This document shows positions 1-13,865 of a stretch of 64,000 nucleotides of DNA, one piece after another. Every line of letters begins with the position of its first letter. The stretch's first letter is position 1. The notes below the pieces were generated by a model. It searched no databases. It was not told the DNA's origin and saw only the letters and a list, made by a program, of their open reading frames with translations. The translations under genes and the position numbers were made by a program. Source of the stretch: Octopus sinensis (taxonomy: Eukaryota); the NCBI RefSeq assembly GCF_006345805.1, contig NC_043000.1, positions 119,536,001 through 119,600,000 on the forward strand. The letters are read 5' to 3'.

Positions 1-12
1 TTGGCTGAACAC
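1..12 (-). CDS. KNTC1: KNTC1 exon, truncated by window edge
   Basis: Pyrimidine tract plus ccaacag acceptor, then VFSQ (human LLHK|VFNC). Confidence 0.7.
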
Positions 13-3000
13 CTGTTGGTAAGAGGGGAACAGAGATGATAAATATCTTTTACCTTTTACTTGATTCAGTCATATGGCTATGGCCATGCTGGGGCACTGC
101 CTTGAAGAATTTTAGTCGACTTTTTTTTTTTTTTTTTGAAGCTTAGTACTTATTCTATCAATGTTCCTTTTGCAGAACCATTAAGTTATGGGGATGTAAA
201 CACACCAACACCGGTTGTCAATAAGTGGTGAGGGACACAAAGACACTCGCAAGGCCTTGATCGGCCTAAGGCTAAAATAGGAGGGACTTGCCCATGGTGC
301 CATGCAGTGGGACTGAAACCTGGAACCATGTGGTCGGGAAGCAGAGCGTCTTACCACACCACCAAGCCTGCACCTATATTCAAGTAATAATAATATGAAT
401 AGGTGCAGGCATGGCTCTGTAGTAAAAGGTCTGCTTCTCAACCACATGGTTCTGGGTTCAGTCCTATTGCATGACACTTTGGGCAAGTGTCTTCTACTCT
501 AGCCTCAGGCTGACCAAAGTCTTGTGAGTGGATGTGTTAAAAGGAAACTGAAAGAAGCCCATTACATATGTGTGCATGTGTTTGTCCCCAACAACAGCTT
601 GATAATGGGTGTTGTGTTTACATACTTGTAACTTAGTGGTTTGGCAAAAGAGACTGATAGAATAAATACCAGGCTTAAAAACATCTTAAGTACCGTAAAT
701 CCTCGAGTATAATCTGCATTTTTTTCCCCCAAATCCCTCGTGCGTACTATATACGAGGTTAAAAATGTAAACTATTTTCTAAGCAATGTCTGAGTCTATT
801 TGCTGTCCGGCAATGTTTATTCAGACGCATTTTGTGATGTCGGGTGCGAAAATACCTGAAGCTAAGTCTGAAAGCAATGAAGTCATAAAAGAATCATCCA
901 TAACTTGCAGTAAGCAACATTTATTAAAATAAAAGTATTCAGAACACAGAATAACATGTAACAAAAACAATTTGCAAACATATTTACATTCCCATATAAC
1001 AGTTAAGAACATCACCATTATTGTATTACGCATGCGCGGAAGTGTTTGTTCGACTAGGTGCTGCTGGCTTAATTATGAACGACTCAAGTTAGAAAAGGAG
1101 TGCGTATTATACACAAGGTTTAAGTGTTTCAGAGGTACAGCCCCTCCCCCCCCAATCCCCTGCGTATTATACTCGAAGATTTATGGTACTGGGATCAATT
1201 AACTTGACTAAAATTCATCTCAGCATATAGTGAGACTAATAATGGACCATCCCTTCAGAAAGGTAAGAAAGGGGTTTGTGTAGGGATAGTACCCCTATGT
1301 AGAAAAAAGGCAAAATTACAGAAGCATCAAAATGTTGGCTTCACAACCCAGTAATTTCCAGTTCATTCTCACTGCCAACAAGACCTGGGAGAGGAACGCC
1401 TTCTCTCAAGGCCCTGAGTCAAGAACAGTGAAGTTGTTGATGACCAATGCTCCATGGGGAGCGAAAGATCTAGATAATTAACTTGTAAGTGGAATTGGTA
1501 GATGGAAACTATATAGAAGCCTGTCATGTGTGTGTAGGTTTATATTCTGTATTTGTATGAAAGCAGTGAGGCAAAAATGAGGGCATTTGTTGTCATCATA
1601 ATCCTCTGGCCCTGCACATTCAAAAAGAAGTGGAATGATAAAAAAAAATCTGTTACTTGAAAAATTTGTGCTGTTAGTGATAGGAAGGGCAACATCTCAA
1701 TTAAATACATATTCATTCAAACCATGCTAGCATAGAACAGTGGACATAAAATGAAAACTATGGTCCATACAAGATTCTACATCATCTTTCCCACTGCTGC
1801 TGTACCTTGCATATCATCATCACCATTCACCTATCCTCCATGACATACTGCTATCGCTCTCATCTAAACCCCTCTCCATACTGGTATTTCCTATTAACAG
1901 TACCTCCACTCCTGTTCATGACTCACTAGTCACCTCTACCCCCAATCGCTCACCATCTGTTATTGTCCCTTCATACTCTTATGGAACTATCCCAACCCCT
2001 GATCCACTGTATCTTCTCTTATGCTCACCTTCTTGTACTTTGGAAATTCGCTCTGGAATCCATCACTACAATCCCCCCCCCCCGGTTACTTCCACCCACC
2101 CTTATACAATGCAGGGAAACCATATATCTCTCCTATAGCAAAATACCCGTGTTTGTTCCTCTGTCATAAAGCCCCCATCCCCATAGTCGATGGGTCTTTT
2201 TCATGTTTTTTCTTGCCTTGCAAATTACTTAACCTCACGAGTGCTGGTGGCACGAAGATGAACACTCAGTATCCACTGTGAAGTGGTTGGCATTAGAAAC
2301 CATGTCAGTGCTGACACTGAAGTTTGACATGGCCCCGCAGCTCACAGGATCCCGTCAAACTGAGGCCAGCATGGAAAATGAATGCTGAATAATGAAGATT
2401 ACTGTTCATATTATTGGAAGATTACTGTCAAGATTATTTCTATGTATATAAACGGTAAAATGTCTGTCTGTCTGTGTGTGTGTCCTTTATACAAATCCAC
2501 AATTTTTCAGTTAGAGGGCTCGCACTTTCTAAGGTCATTCAAAACCGTCCAAGGGTGGTCGTGCACATCTTCACATTTCCCCAGTCACCCCGCAAAGCCA
2601 TTAAAAGATCAATAGACAGCATCATTCTTTCAAACTGTACCTTTGCCTCCTGCTGAACAATGAAAGCATCAATAGCAACAACAATATACTGCAATGATGA
2701 TGTATAGTAATCAACACAAGAATAACACAAAAGTAGGTAGTAAAATATAAAAAAAAAAGATGGTAAATAAACAGCAAGAAGAACATTTACCATTCCATCA
2801 ATAGCATTTCTAAAATCGAAACAATCATAACGACGACGGTAAACTGCGAAAAGTCTATTAACCTAACAGCCACAACAACAGAAGTGTATCTCTGGTCGGT
2901 ATTAAACAGAAAACATCCAAATTTAGCACCTTACTTAAGATCTTTGTGAATTTTCTATCCAAAACCCAATCAAAATGCCCGAATCTTGATACGCTAATTG

Positions 3001-6000
3001 AATGCCAGCTAGCTGTATGTGATTGGTTGGAGATTTGGACAGTACTTGCATGTATGTGCACACGCATGCAGTAGCACTATATAGTCTTTATATAGATGGA
3101 ACTTGCTTAAAAGAAGTGTAAAAATGTTTTAAGAAAACGAACAAATAAAAAATTATTTTAGATAAGAAAAAAGAAAGAAAAGTTACCTTCTGAAGGAGAT
3201 GGATCACCAATTCCTTATGTTGACTTGTGCCTTTGATTTGGTTTAGATATTTCATCATTATGTCTTTGATATCATGACTCCCCTATAATCAGACAATAAA
3301 TAAATATTAATGGCTATTATTTTCTCTGTACAGAATAAGATTTTCGTACTTAGATCTCTTTTACTCATTTCAGTCTTTCAATCATTGGATTGTGGCCATA
3401 CCGGGGCACTGGTTTAAAGAGGTTTATAAAACGAATCGAACCCAGTGCATTTCTTAGCCACACAATTACTTTAAATATGAGACAAAAAAAAAAAAAAAAA
3501 AAAAAAACTTTAGAAAAGAACCCATACTAGTGTCATGTAAAAAAGTTCCTGTGCTGGCACCACATAATAATGTCCATACACTTTATAGGTGCAAGAGTGG
3601 CTGTGTGGTAAGAAGCTTGCTTACCAACCACATGGTTCTGGGTTCAGTCCCACTGTGTGGTACCTTGGGCAAGTGTCTTCTATAGCCTCGGGCCAACAAA
3701 AGACTTGTGAGTGGATTTGGTAGACGGAAACTGAAAGGAGCCCATTGTATCATCGTCATCGTTTAACGTCCGCTTTCCATGCTAGCATGGGTTGGACGAT
3801 TTGACTGAGGAATGGCAAACCAAATGGCTGCAACAGGCTTCAATCTTGATCTGACAGAGTTTCTACAGCTGGATGCCCTTCCTAATGCCAACCACTCCGA
3901 GAGTGTAGTGGATGCTTTTATGTGCCAGATATATATGTGTGTGTTTGTCCCCCCAATATCGTTTGACAACCGATGCTGGTGTGTTTACATCCCTATAACT
4001 TAGTGGCTCGACAAAAGAGACCGACAGAATAAGTACTAGGCTTACAAAGAATAAGTCCTAGGGTTGATTTGATGGACTAAAGGCGGTGCTCCAGCGTGGC
4101 CGCAGTCAAATGACTGAAACAAGTAAAAGAGTGTTTGGGGTGACAAAGGGCATCCAGTCATAGAAACCATGACAGCATGGAAAGCGGATGTTAAACAATG
4201 ATGATGCGTGTTCATCACCTAACTTGAAAACCGGTGTTGGTTTGTTGACATCCCCAGAAGTCAGCAGTCCAGCAAATGAGACCAATAGAATACACGCCAG
4301 ACTTAGAATAGCACTAGGGTTGATTCATTTGACTAAAACCCTTCAAGGTGGTGCCCCAGCATGGTTGCAGTCCAATGACTGGAACAAGACAAAAGAAAAA
4401 TAACAAAGAAGCAGCGTAAAAAAACCCAAAAAACACAAGTCAAAGCATTTTCTGTTATCAATGGAAATTGTAGCTGTGATACCAGTGCCGGTGACACATA
4501 AGAGAACCATCCGAACGTGGCCATTGCCAGCGCCGCCCGACTGGCCTCCGTGCCGGTGGTACATAAAAAGCACCATCCGATTGTGGCCGTTGCCAGCCAC
4601 GTCTGGCCCCCGTGCTGGTGGCACATAAAAAGCACCATCCGATCGTGGCCGTTTGCCAGCCTCGTCTGGCACCTGTGCCGGTGGTACGTAAAAAGCACCC
4701 ACTACACTCACGGAGTGGTTGGCGTTAGGAAGGGCATCCAGCTGTAGAAACACTGCCAGATCAGACTAGGCCTGGCGCAGCCTTCTGGCTTCCCAGACCC
4801 CAGTTGAACTGTCCAACCCATGCTAGCATGGAAAACGGACGTTAAACGATGATGATGATGATGTGAGAAATTTACCTGCTTAATTAACGTGACATCAGCA
4901 GTGTAGCAGACGGAATATTCCACAATAGTAAAGAAGGAATGCATAGAATATTGGTAGACAAGTTCCAAGTTGCGGTTAAGTTTGAGATAGTCCACTAACG
5001 GTGGTATTGTATTGGTATACTCTTGTAGCACCTTACTGTAGTACTCTTTCATATAATTATCAGCAGCCTCTGCGGACTCGGTGTCACTAGCAGGAGGTGT
5101 AGGGGGAACTGTAAAGAAAAGACACAAAATTAGCATAATTAGCATTATGGCGGCAAGCTGGCAGAATCATTAGCGCGCCGGGCGAAATGCTTAGCAGTAT
5201 TTTGTGAGCCGTTATGTTCTGATTTCAAATTCCACACATCAAACTGGAATATTGGGGAAAATAAAACAATACTTACTGAATCTCTTCTTTAGAAGTGGAT
5301 CAAGTTGAACAGAATTTGCAATCAAAGGGACAAGGGCAGATGACTCCATAATGAAACAATTTTCTTTAAACTCAGGAATTAAACTCCATTTGCAATAGTC
5401 TGAGGTGGCAGCATTGTCTTTATTCAAGGCCTAAAACAATTATTTAATACAGTTCTATATTTAAGAGACGAGGAATTATGGACATTATGTACATTTGAGG
5501 AAGTTATTATCATTATTATTCAGATCACTGCCTGGAATCAAACTTGGAATCTTGGGGTTCGTAGACCGCGCTCTTAACCATTATGCCATATGCCCATGGG
5601 CAATTATGGAGTGAATTTTAGGGCTTATAATAATAACAACATCAAAAAATACCTTAGGAATGAGAACCCAGATTCAAAATTTTCGCAAGACACCTGATGA
5701 AGGCTGGAGGGTATATCAGCCGAAATGTTGTGTTCACAACAAACAAGATGAGGACAAATATCCGTCAAATGTAAATAATGTACATTTATTTAATAACAAA
5801 AACTAAATAAAAAATATAGACACAATGGTGCAGGCAAGGCTATGTGGTTACGAAACCTGCTTTTCAAATACATGGTTTCAAGTTCAGTCCCACTGCGCAG
5901 TACCTTGGACAAATGTCTTACTATGACTCTGAATTGACCAATGCCTTGTGAATAAATCTGATAGAAAGAAACAGTTGGAAGTCTGTTATGTGTGATTGTG

Positions 6001-9000
6001 TGTGTGTGTCTCCCCACCATCATCACATGACAACTGGTGTTGGTTTGTTTACAGCCCTATAACTTAGTGCTTCAGTAAAAGAACACTGATAGAATAAGTA
6101 CCAAATTTAAGTACTGGGGTCAATTTGTTCAACTAAAACTTGTCAAGGCAGTGCTCCAGCATGGTCACATCCCAATGACCAAGACAAATAAAAGAAGAAA
6201 GTAATACAGGAGCAGGCATGGCTGCTGTGCAGTTAAGTCTGCTTCTCAATCACATGGTCTTAGGTTCAGTCCTACGGCATGGCACCTTGGACAAGTGTCT
6301 TCTACTAGAACCTAGGATCAATCAATACCTCATAGAAAGAAACTGTATGGAATCCCACCCAACCCATACAATTACATCATAATCCTGATCTTATCACTCC
6401 CTTTTGGGTTACCCTTATTTTTAGTACGCAACCCTCTATCTTTCCAATACTGCTGCCCTTTCTACACCTTGACAATCCTCTCATTTCCCTATCTACAACT
6501 TCTCTGGACCCTTATCCATCCATTGGTATGGGTTCACTGAACACCATCTTCATCACTTGATCTCTCCTGCCCAATCCTCTCTGATACTATTCGAAACCAG
6601 TTGGGCCAAGGGGTTAAGCTGAGGGCATTAAGCCCTTGAGCAAGGCAAATGAATGTACAAACACTAAAACAAGGAAATAACAGAAAGGGTCTTTCGACTG
6701 TCAGACGAACGAAACATAACAAATAGAATTATACACATACAATGGACAAAAGCCGACTATCAGCTAGTATAGGGCTTCTTTCAGTTTCCATTGACCAAAT
6801 CCAAGGTCTTAGCTGGCCTGGAGTCACAGTGGAAGATATTTGCCCAAGGTGCTGTGCAGTGGGACTGAACCAGAGACCACATGTTTGGGAAGAAGGCTTC
6901 ACAACCAGACAACTGCATCTTTGCCTATCAATGAAGATATGGCATCTCATTTTGAACTATTAACCACTTCTCTTCTCTAACATGACAGACATTTTGGATA
7001 AGTGTTTAGTAGGAGAGGCTGTTCAGTGTGAGAAAATATTAGGAACATATACAACGGGTATGCATGGCATCACTCCAATAGGTACAGGTGATGTAGTCTT
7101 CGTGTTTTAACAAATATAACTTTTATTACTGCTAAGTTAATACAGTAGAGCCAAATGCTTTCAAATAAAAGGTAGCAATAAATGCCTGTCTGCAAATATA
7201 GAATTCATCACCATCATCATTTAGCGTCTGCTTTCCATGCTAGCATGGGTTGGACGGTTCAACTGGGGTCTGGGAAGCCAGAAGGCTGCACCAGACCCAG
7301 TCTGATCTGGCAATGTTTCTACGGCTGGATGACCTTCCTAACGCCAACCACTCCGTGAGTGTAGTGGGTGCTTTTTACGTGCCACCGGCACAGCTGCCAG
7401 GCGGGGCTGGCAAACGGCCATAGTTGGATGGTGCTTTTTACGTGCCACCGGCACAGCTACCAGGCGGGGCGGGCAAACGGCCATGGTTGGATGGTGCTTT
7501 TTATGTGCCACCAACACGGAGGCCAGTCGGGGCGGCGCTGGCAACGGCCACGCTCGGATGGTTCACTTACGTGCCACCGGCACTGGTATCACAAAAGGGA
7601 AAATTAATCCGTGTGCATACCAGTGTCTAAGTAAATGTGTTGTGGAGTGCATGAAATCCCACTTGTGTTTGTTGTACGTAATTAAATGATAAATCCATAC
7701 AGATTGATAATAGCTGGTTGAATGCCAGATATCAAACAGTGACAGGTCTGAAGGTGAGTTTGCTTTGATGAGTGAAGGTAAGAAAGAGGAATGCTATGCT
7801 GTCCAACATGTGTGAAGAAGTCTTTCCTGACAGACTGGTCAAATACGTTGTCCACCATTCAACAGCAACTGCTAATTTTTTCAGTTTTCGCACCCTTTGG
7901 CTGTGTGGAAATCATCATGTGTATTCCTCTGCTGCTAAACACCAGCGTGGTGCTATGCTGGGGCAAAGTAATTTGACTAACCTGCAACAAGCAGTTCCCT
8001 TTATTTTTTTTTTTTGCTTACGAACTCCCTTTGATTCCAACTTTAACCTTACTGGACTTCCAAGGCCATTCAATATTTAAAAAAAACCCTATCATATTTT
8101 TATAATTAAATGTTTTAAAAAATTGTTTAAATATTTTGTATATTACAGAAGTACAACCAAATTCTTGCAAATAAACTTTAGAAAGCAAAATCTTATATGG
8201 ACCCCACAAGGGTTAAATGGATCCCAGCTGGGAACCACAGCTTTAGAGCTAAGAAAGTGGACTACTATGTGGTTACTGAACTTGTTAGAAACAACAGCTA
8301 AATCTCCCACAAATCACCTGTCTTAAGACATACTACAGAACTATAAAAATGGGATAACTACAGATGGAATTACTTTGATCACAGGTCTGCATGGTCAAGG
8401 TTGATCTAGAGACCAACAGCATGAAATAAGACTAATATCATCCCAATTAACTACTGCAATTAATTTCACAGTTGTAGGTTTAAACAGAGGGGAGAACACC
8501 CAAATGAATCAATAAATCTTGTAATAACTCACATGTGGTAGAGACATGTCCTCAACCATGTAGGTTTGTTGAATTGCTGCTGCAGCAAGTCGGGCAGTCT
8601 TTGCTAAGTGGACGAATTTGGTGAGAGAAGCTGGAATATAATGAACAAACGAGAAATTAGGAGACAAAACAGAGATTTTTGATCTGATCTTTTGCCTTGC
8701 CACAAGGACATTAGTTTTGAAGAGAAGGAAAGACAATTTTTTTCAACCAGTTCTCAACTGGTACTTCTGACTCTGAAAGGATGCTTGTATCATCCTCACT
8801 ATGTGAAAACAGGTGCCTGTCACACTTCACAAAGTAATATGCAAGCAATCACTCACCCTTAACTATACTAGCCACAACAATTTATGAGCAAATATTAAAA
8901 TTTATCAAATCCATTTGTTACTATACTTCTGTCGAGATGCTCTGTGTTTCTTTCAATTGATTTTTAAATATAGTGCCGCCTGACTGGCTCCTGTGCTGGT

Positions 9001-12000
9001 GGCACAGAAAAAGCACCCACTACACTTTCAGAGTGGTTGGCATTAGGAAGGGCATCCAGCTGTAGAAACATTGCCAGATCAGATTGGAGCCTGCTGCAGT
9101 CTTCAGTCAAACTGTCCAACCGATGCCAGCATGGATAGCAGGTGTTAAATGATGATGATGAACTTAGTAATCATTAAGTTAGTGTTAGGAACATAAATTG
9201 TGATTAAGGTCTGGTGGAAGATTTTAATTAATTCAAAACTTTTGAAAACAAGGCCCCTGCACAAGGATGACCTGCAGATTCGTGAAGCCTTCCAAGTTTT
9301 TATTGCTTAAGGCCATATCACATTGAAAGCTCAGGTTCCTGTCCGAGCACCGAAGTTAAGCAACGTCGAGCCTAGTTAGTACTTAGATGGGTGACCGCTT
9401 GGGAAACGTAGGTGCTGTAAGCATCACACATTTTAAAAGGCGGTGCTCCAGCATGGCCAAAGTCAAATGACTGAAACAAGTAAAAGAGTACTAAAGAACC
9501 AGAGGCGGTTTCAGCTGGGTTGGCATCAAAAGGGTTAACTTGTTCGATAAACCCAAAACAAATTCAGTAGAACAGTATAGTTAAGTTTAATTACAAATCT
9601 GGAAAAACTGGAAAAAAAAAGCCTCCCTTTAAATTTACAAATTACAGAAGGAATTTAATAAATTGTCATATTCACAGTGAACAGTGAGAATCAAAATAAT
9701 GATGGCGGTGGCACGTAAAACGCACCAACCGATCATGGGTGTTGCCAGCCTCCACTGGTACCTGTGCCGGTGGCACGTAAAAAGCACCATCCGTACGTGG
9801 CCGATGCCAGCGCCGCCTTGACTGGCTTCCGTGTCAGTGGCATGTAAAAACCACCAACCGATCGTGGCCTTTGCCAGCCTCCCCTGGCACCTGTGCTGGT
9901 GGCACATAAAAAGCACCCACTACACTCACGGAGTGGTTGGCGTTAGGAAGGGCATCCAGCTGTAGAAACTGCCAGATCAGACTGGAGCCTGGTGCAGCCT
10001 CCTGGCTTCCCAGACCCTGGTTGAACCGTCCAGCCCATGCAAGCATGGAAAACGGACGTTAAATGATGATGATTATTCACATATTCATTCTAAATACATT
10101 CCAACAGATTCGAATATCCACTTACTTGGATGGCAGTAAGTTAGAGCTAAGCTGATTAGTCTGTAAATCATGGCAGGTAAATTGTACTCATCCTGCACAT
10201 TCTCTTTTTCAAAATCCTCTCCATCAGATTCAGTGTCAGCTAAGTTTTCCAGTAGGTACATGCACAGATCATAAAGGGTCTCGGCTGTTATAGGACAGAC
10301 TTCACACTCTAGAAGTTTCCTGCAAAGGAAATGAAAAGTTCATAGAATCTCTCTCACATATTTTGTCTCATATTTTGAACCTCCCAAAAACCAATGATTA
10401 CACAATAATAACTATATAAATCTGAAATATTTAATACTAGCACTCTGACCCAGCAATGCCGGGTCATAGTGCTAGTGCATGCATATACAACTGTGTGCGT
10501 GCGCACATACACACGAGTACTGTCCAAATCTCCGACCAATCACATACAGCTAGCTGGCATTCAATTGGCATATCAAGTTTCAGGCATTTTGATTGGGTTT
10601 TGGATAGAAAATTCGCAAAAAAGTCACTTCTATTGATTTTTTTTAATGGCTTTGCAGGGGTGACTGGGGAAATGTGAAGATGTGCATGACCACCCTTGGA
10701 CGGTTTTGAATGACCATAGAAAGTGCGAGCCCTCTAACTGAAAAATTGTGGATTTGTATAAAGCACACACACACACAGACAGACATTTTGCCGTTTATAT
10801 ATATAGAGATAGCAATTCCAGTTGATCTGATCAACAGAACAGCTAGCTCTTGAAGTTAATGTACAAGTGGCTGAGTATCCCACAAATGTGCATGCTCTTA
10901 ACGTAGTTTTTAGGGAGAGTCAGTGTGATACATGTGGACAAGGCTGACTTGTTAAAAAAAAAGGTACAAATCATTTTTGTCAGCTGAATGGACTGGAACA
11001 ACATGGGATAAAGGGTCTTCCTTAACCCTTTCGTTACTGTATTCATTTTGAGATGCTCTGTGTTTCTTTCAATTATTTTAAATATAACAAAGAATTTAGT
11101 AAAATAACTTAGTTATCATTCAACTAGTGTTAGGAACATCAATTGTGACTAAGGTTTGGTGGAAAGTTTTAATTCAAAACTTATGAAAACAAGACATACT
11201 ACAGAGCCAGAGGGGGTTTCAGCCAGGTTGGTATCGAAAGGGTTAAGAATTGTTTCTCTTATATATTCTAACTCTTTCGTTACTGTATTTATTTTGAGAT
11301 GCTCTGTGTTTCTTTCAATTAATTTTAAATATAACAAAGAATTTAGTAAAATAACTTAGTTATCATTCAGCTAGTGTTAGGAACATAAATTGTGACTAAG
11401 GTTTGGTGGAAGATTTTAATTCAAAGCTTATGAAAATAAGACATTTGTACTACAGGACCAGAGCCGGTTTCAGTAGGTGAATTTTCCTAGGAGGGGACAA
11501 AAAATAAAGTCACAAATGAATGAGAAAGTAGCCAATAAATAGACGTAAACAAATTTGAATTCAAAACAATTACTAGAATCACAAGTGATGACACCACCTA
11601 CCGGTAGATATTAAAACTACAGTGCAATATGAACTCTGAAAGACCAATAACACAACTGAATTCAGGATTTCGTTCACTAAATTACACTACTTTATGGTGA
11701 GTATCTTAACATTTACTGTACATATTTTAACATGATTTTATATGCTTTTATTCTTATTTATTGCACAGTAACATGGTTTTATGTGCTTTTAACGGTTTTT
11801 TAAATGATTTTACGATTCCAATATTTGTGGCAGACAAATGTAAAGTCAAGTAAAATGACTTAACCTTTCGTTACTATATTTCTGACCAAAATACATCCCT
11901 CATGAGTTTCAATTAAATTCTAAAATAATCATGAATTTAGGCTTGTTTCATTAAATAACTAACTTTTTTACTTATCAACATATTAATGTGATATTTGGAA

Positions 12001-13833
12001 CATAATTAAAGAAAGGGTTCTTAATCAATTCTATTGCATAACTTTTGTCTCAAAGTGACTTTAATTACAGATAAATCCAGGTAAATTGAGCAAAAGGTAA
12101 AAATATTAAAATTTTGTTTAAACATCACCATAGAAAATGAATCATCAGCTAATATTCAAATGGGTATGCAACAAAATTTTGATAAAGAAGAATTGTGCAC
12201 ATCACTAGATCATCATCGTTTATCAGTTGAATTTAATGCACAACAGGTGTACCATAAAGGTGGAATAAACTGAAATACTGGAATCCACCGCAAGTTTGAC
12301 TGAACTAAAGAAATCGGTCAAAAAATAATATACGCCCATGGTTATGGTATGGAAATGATAAATTCCAGACCACACTGTTCCCTAGGCCATGCTGACTAAC
12401 ATTATTTTCTCTGTATGAAAACTAAATCCACAGCAGTACTCAGTATTTTGCTTCACAAATTTTCCGAAATTTGATACCCCATTTTGTGTTTTGTTTACAT
12501 TCTGCGTAAATTTGTTTCTGCATTGATCACTTCAAACAATAACTTCCAGACCACATCGTACCCAAAGCCATGCTGACTAACATTAGTTTCCCTGTATAAA
12601 AACTAAATCCACAACAGTACCCAGTATTTACTTCACAAATTTTCCAAACTTTTGTGTTTGTTTACAATCTGCGAAAATTTGTTTCCGAAGTGATCGCCTC
12701 AAACTAGCATACTGAAAAAAATAAAAGTCTAACGGTTTCGCTTCCTAAGAAAAACTATAGATAAACTATCTCCCCAGAAAAATTGCTAATAAAAACATTT
12801 TAAAAGTTTTTTTTACTTCATTCCGATGTCTTTGCTGTCGCCATCGCCGCTTTGTTTCTTTGGAAGGCGCTGCTTTCACTTTCGGATAAAAAAATATCAT
12901 TCATTATTTTGTACACCACGTGCTTTAGTACCCATTTCATTCTTTTTCTCGATATCTCCCTATTTTCTGTTGAAAAAGCTTTAAATTCGGAATCAATGCT
13001 TGATAACATGAAACTCCTATCCATTTTCAAAGTTGAAGAAAAATCGATGCCGAAAAAAATCTCTCAAAATTCACTGAGTTGAGATATCACTTCAAGCAAT
13101 GTCGGATACTATAAGCCAACTATTTACAAAGTGAAATCACATGTTTTAACGAATGTACCAACGAGATTTGGGTTCAAATTTACATTTAAATAACAATAGG
13201 TTCTCACGGCCGGGTTGGTATTATGAATCAAAAAATTTTTCGGCCAGGTAAGTAACGAAAGGGTTAAATTGATTTATATTTTTCCATATGTTATTTTTGA
13301 AAACTCGATGTATAGTCGAGAACGCCCTAAGCTGAGGTATGCCTGTACTCATAACATTTCACTTTTAAACTTCTCTGAATCATGATCTGAAATGCAAAAC
13401 TATTTATTCTACCCTGATGACAGAGGCTCAATTAGTCCAATGTTTATTTGCTTCCATTACTGGCTGTATATTTTGGTGAACTACATCTACCAACGTTACA
13501 ATGGATTTTGGAGCCCACCGAAACAGCTGTTGGACTTCAAACACCTTACCACTTCCCCTTTAATTTTCTCTGTCGTTTATATAAGTTTGATCTATCAATA
13601 TAAATATCTCTATAGTTATACTTAATTATTCATAATGTGCCAGTGGCACATAAAAGGCACCATTCGAGTGTGATCGTTACCAGCTTCGCCTTACTGGCAC
13701 TTGTGCCCCATGCTAGTAGGGTGCTAAGAGCACCATCCGAGCGTGATCGTTGCCAGAGTGGCTAACTGGCTTCCGTGCCGGTGGCATGTAGGAGGCACCA
13801 TTCGAGTGGGATCGTTACCAGCATTGCCTAGTG

Positions 13834-13865
<32 letters not shown>

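Larger units (their letters stand above)
8912..9538. mobile_element. piggyBac-like MITE carrying two nested insertions (family-B element and U6-5S chimera)
   Basis: MITE consensus resumes on both sides of about 8973-9160 and 9252-9488; ends AAAAGGG-TTAA. Confidence 0.75.

Noticed and set aside
4490-4710. CRISPR-like periodic repeat (GTGCCGGTGGCACGTAAAAAGCACC with intervening sequence)
   Set aside because: The intervening segments are homologous to each other, the array is part of a dispersed eukaryotic retroposon, and there are no cas genes.
4343-4753. Recurrent ORFs containing FLQLDALPNANHS..VVGAFY (also 33766, 35269, 56593, 62763 and others) resembling a gene family
   Set aside because: They are antisense translations of family-B repeats, with variable frames and stops and no splice or codon support.
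6525-6725. Possible further hammerheads (minus-strand GTGATGAAGA...GTGAACC near 6530-6555; plus-strand CAGACGAACGAAACATA near 6703)
   Set aside because: Core boxes are mutated and stem II is absent or unpaired; cannot be supported.
9305-9424. Functional 5S rRNA gene
   Set aside because: Solitary, nested in a MITE, has a helix-I mismatch and a box C change, and is fused to U6 and SINE-tail sequence; more likely retroposed.
12818-13082. ORFs inside the 1.4 kb piggyBac-like element as a transposase
   Set aside because: Short, with no recognisable DDD or Cys-rich motifs.
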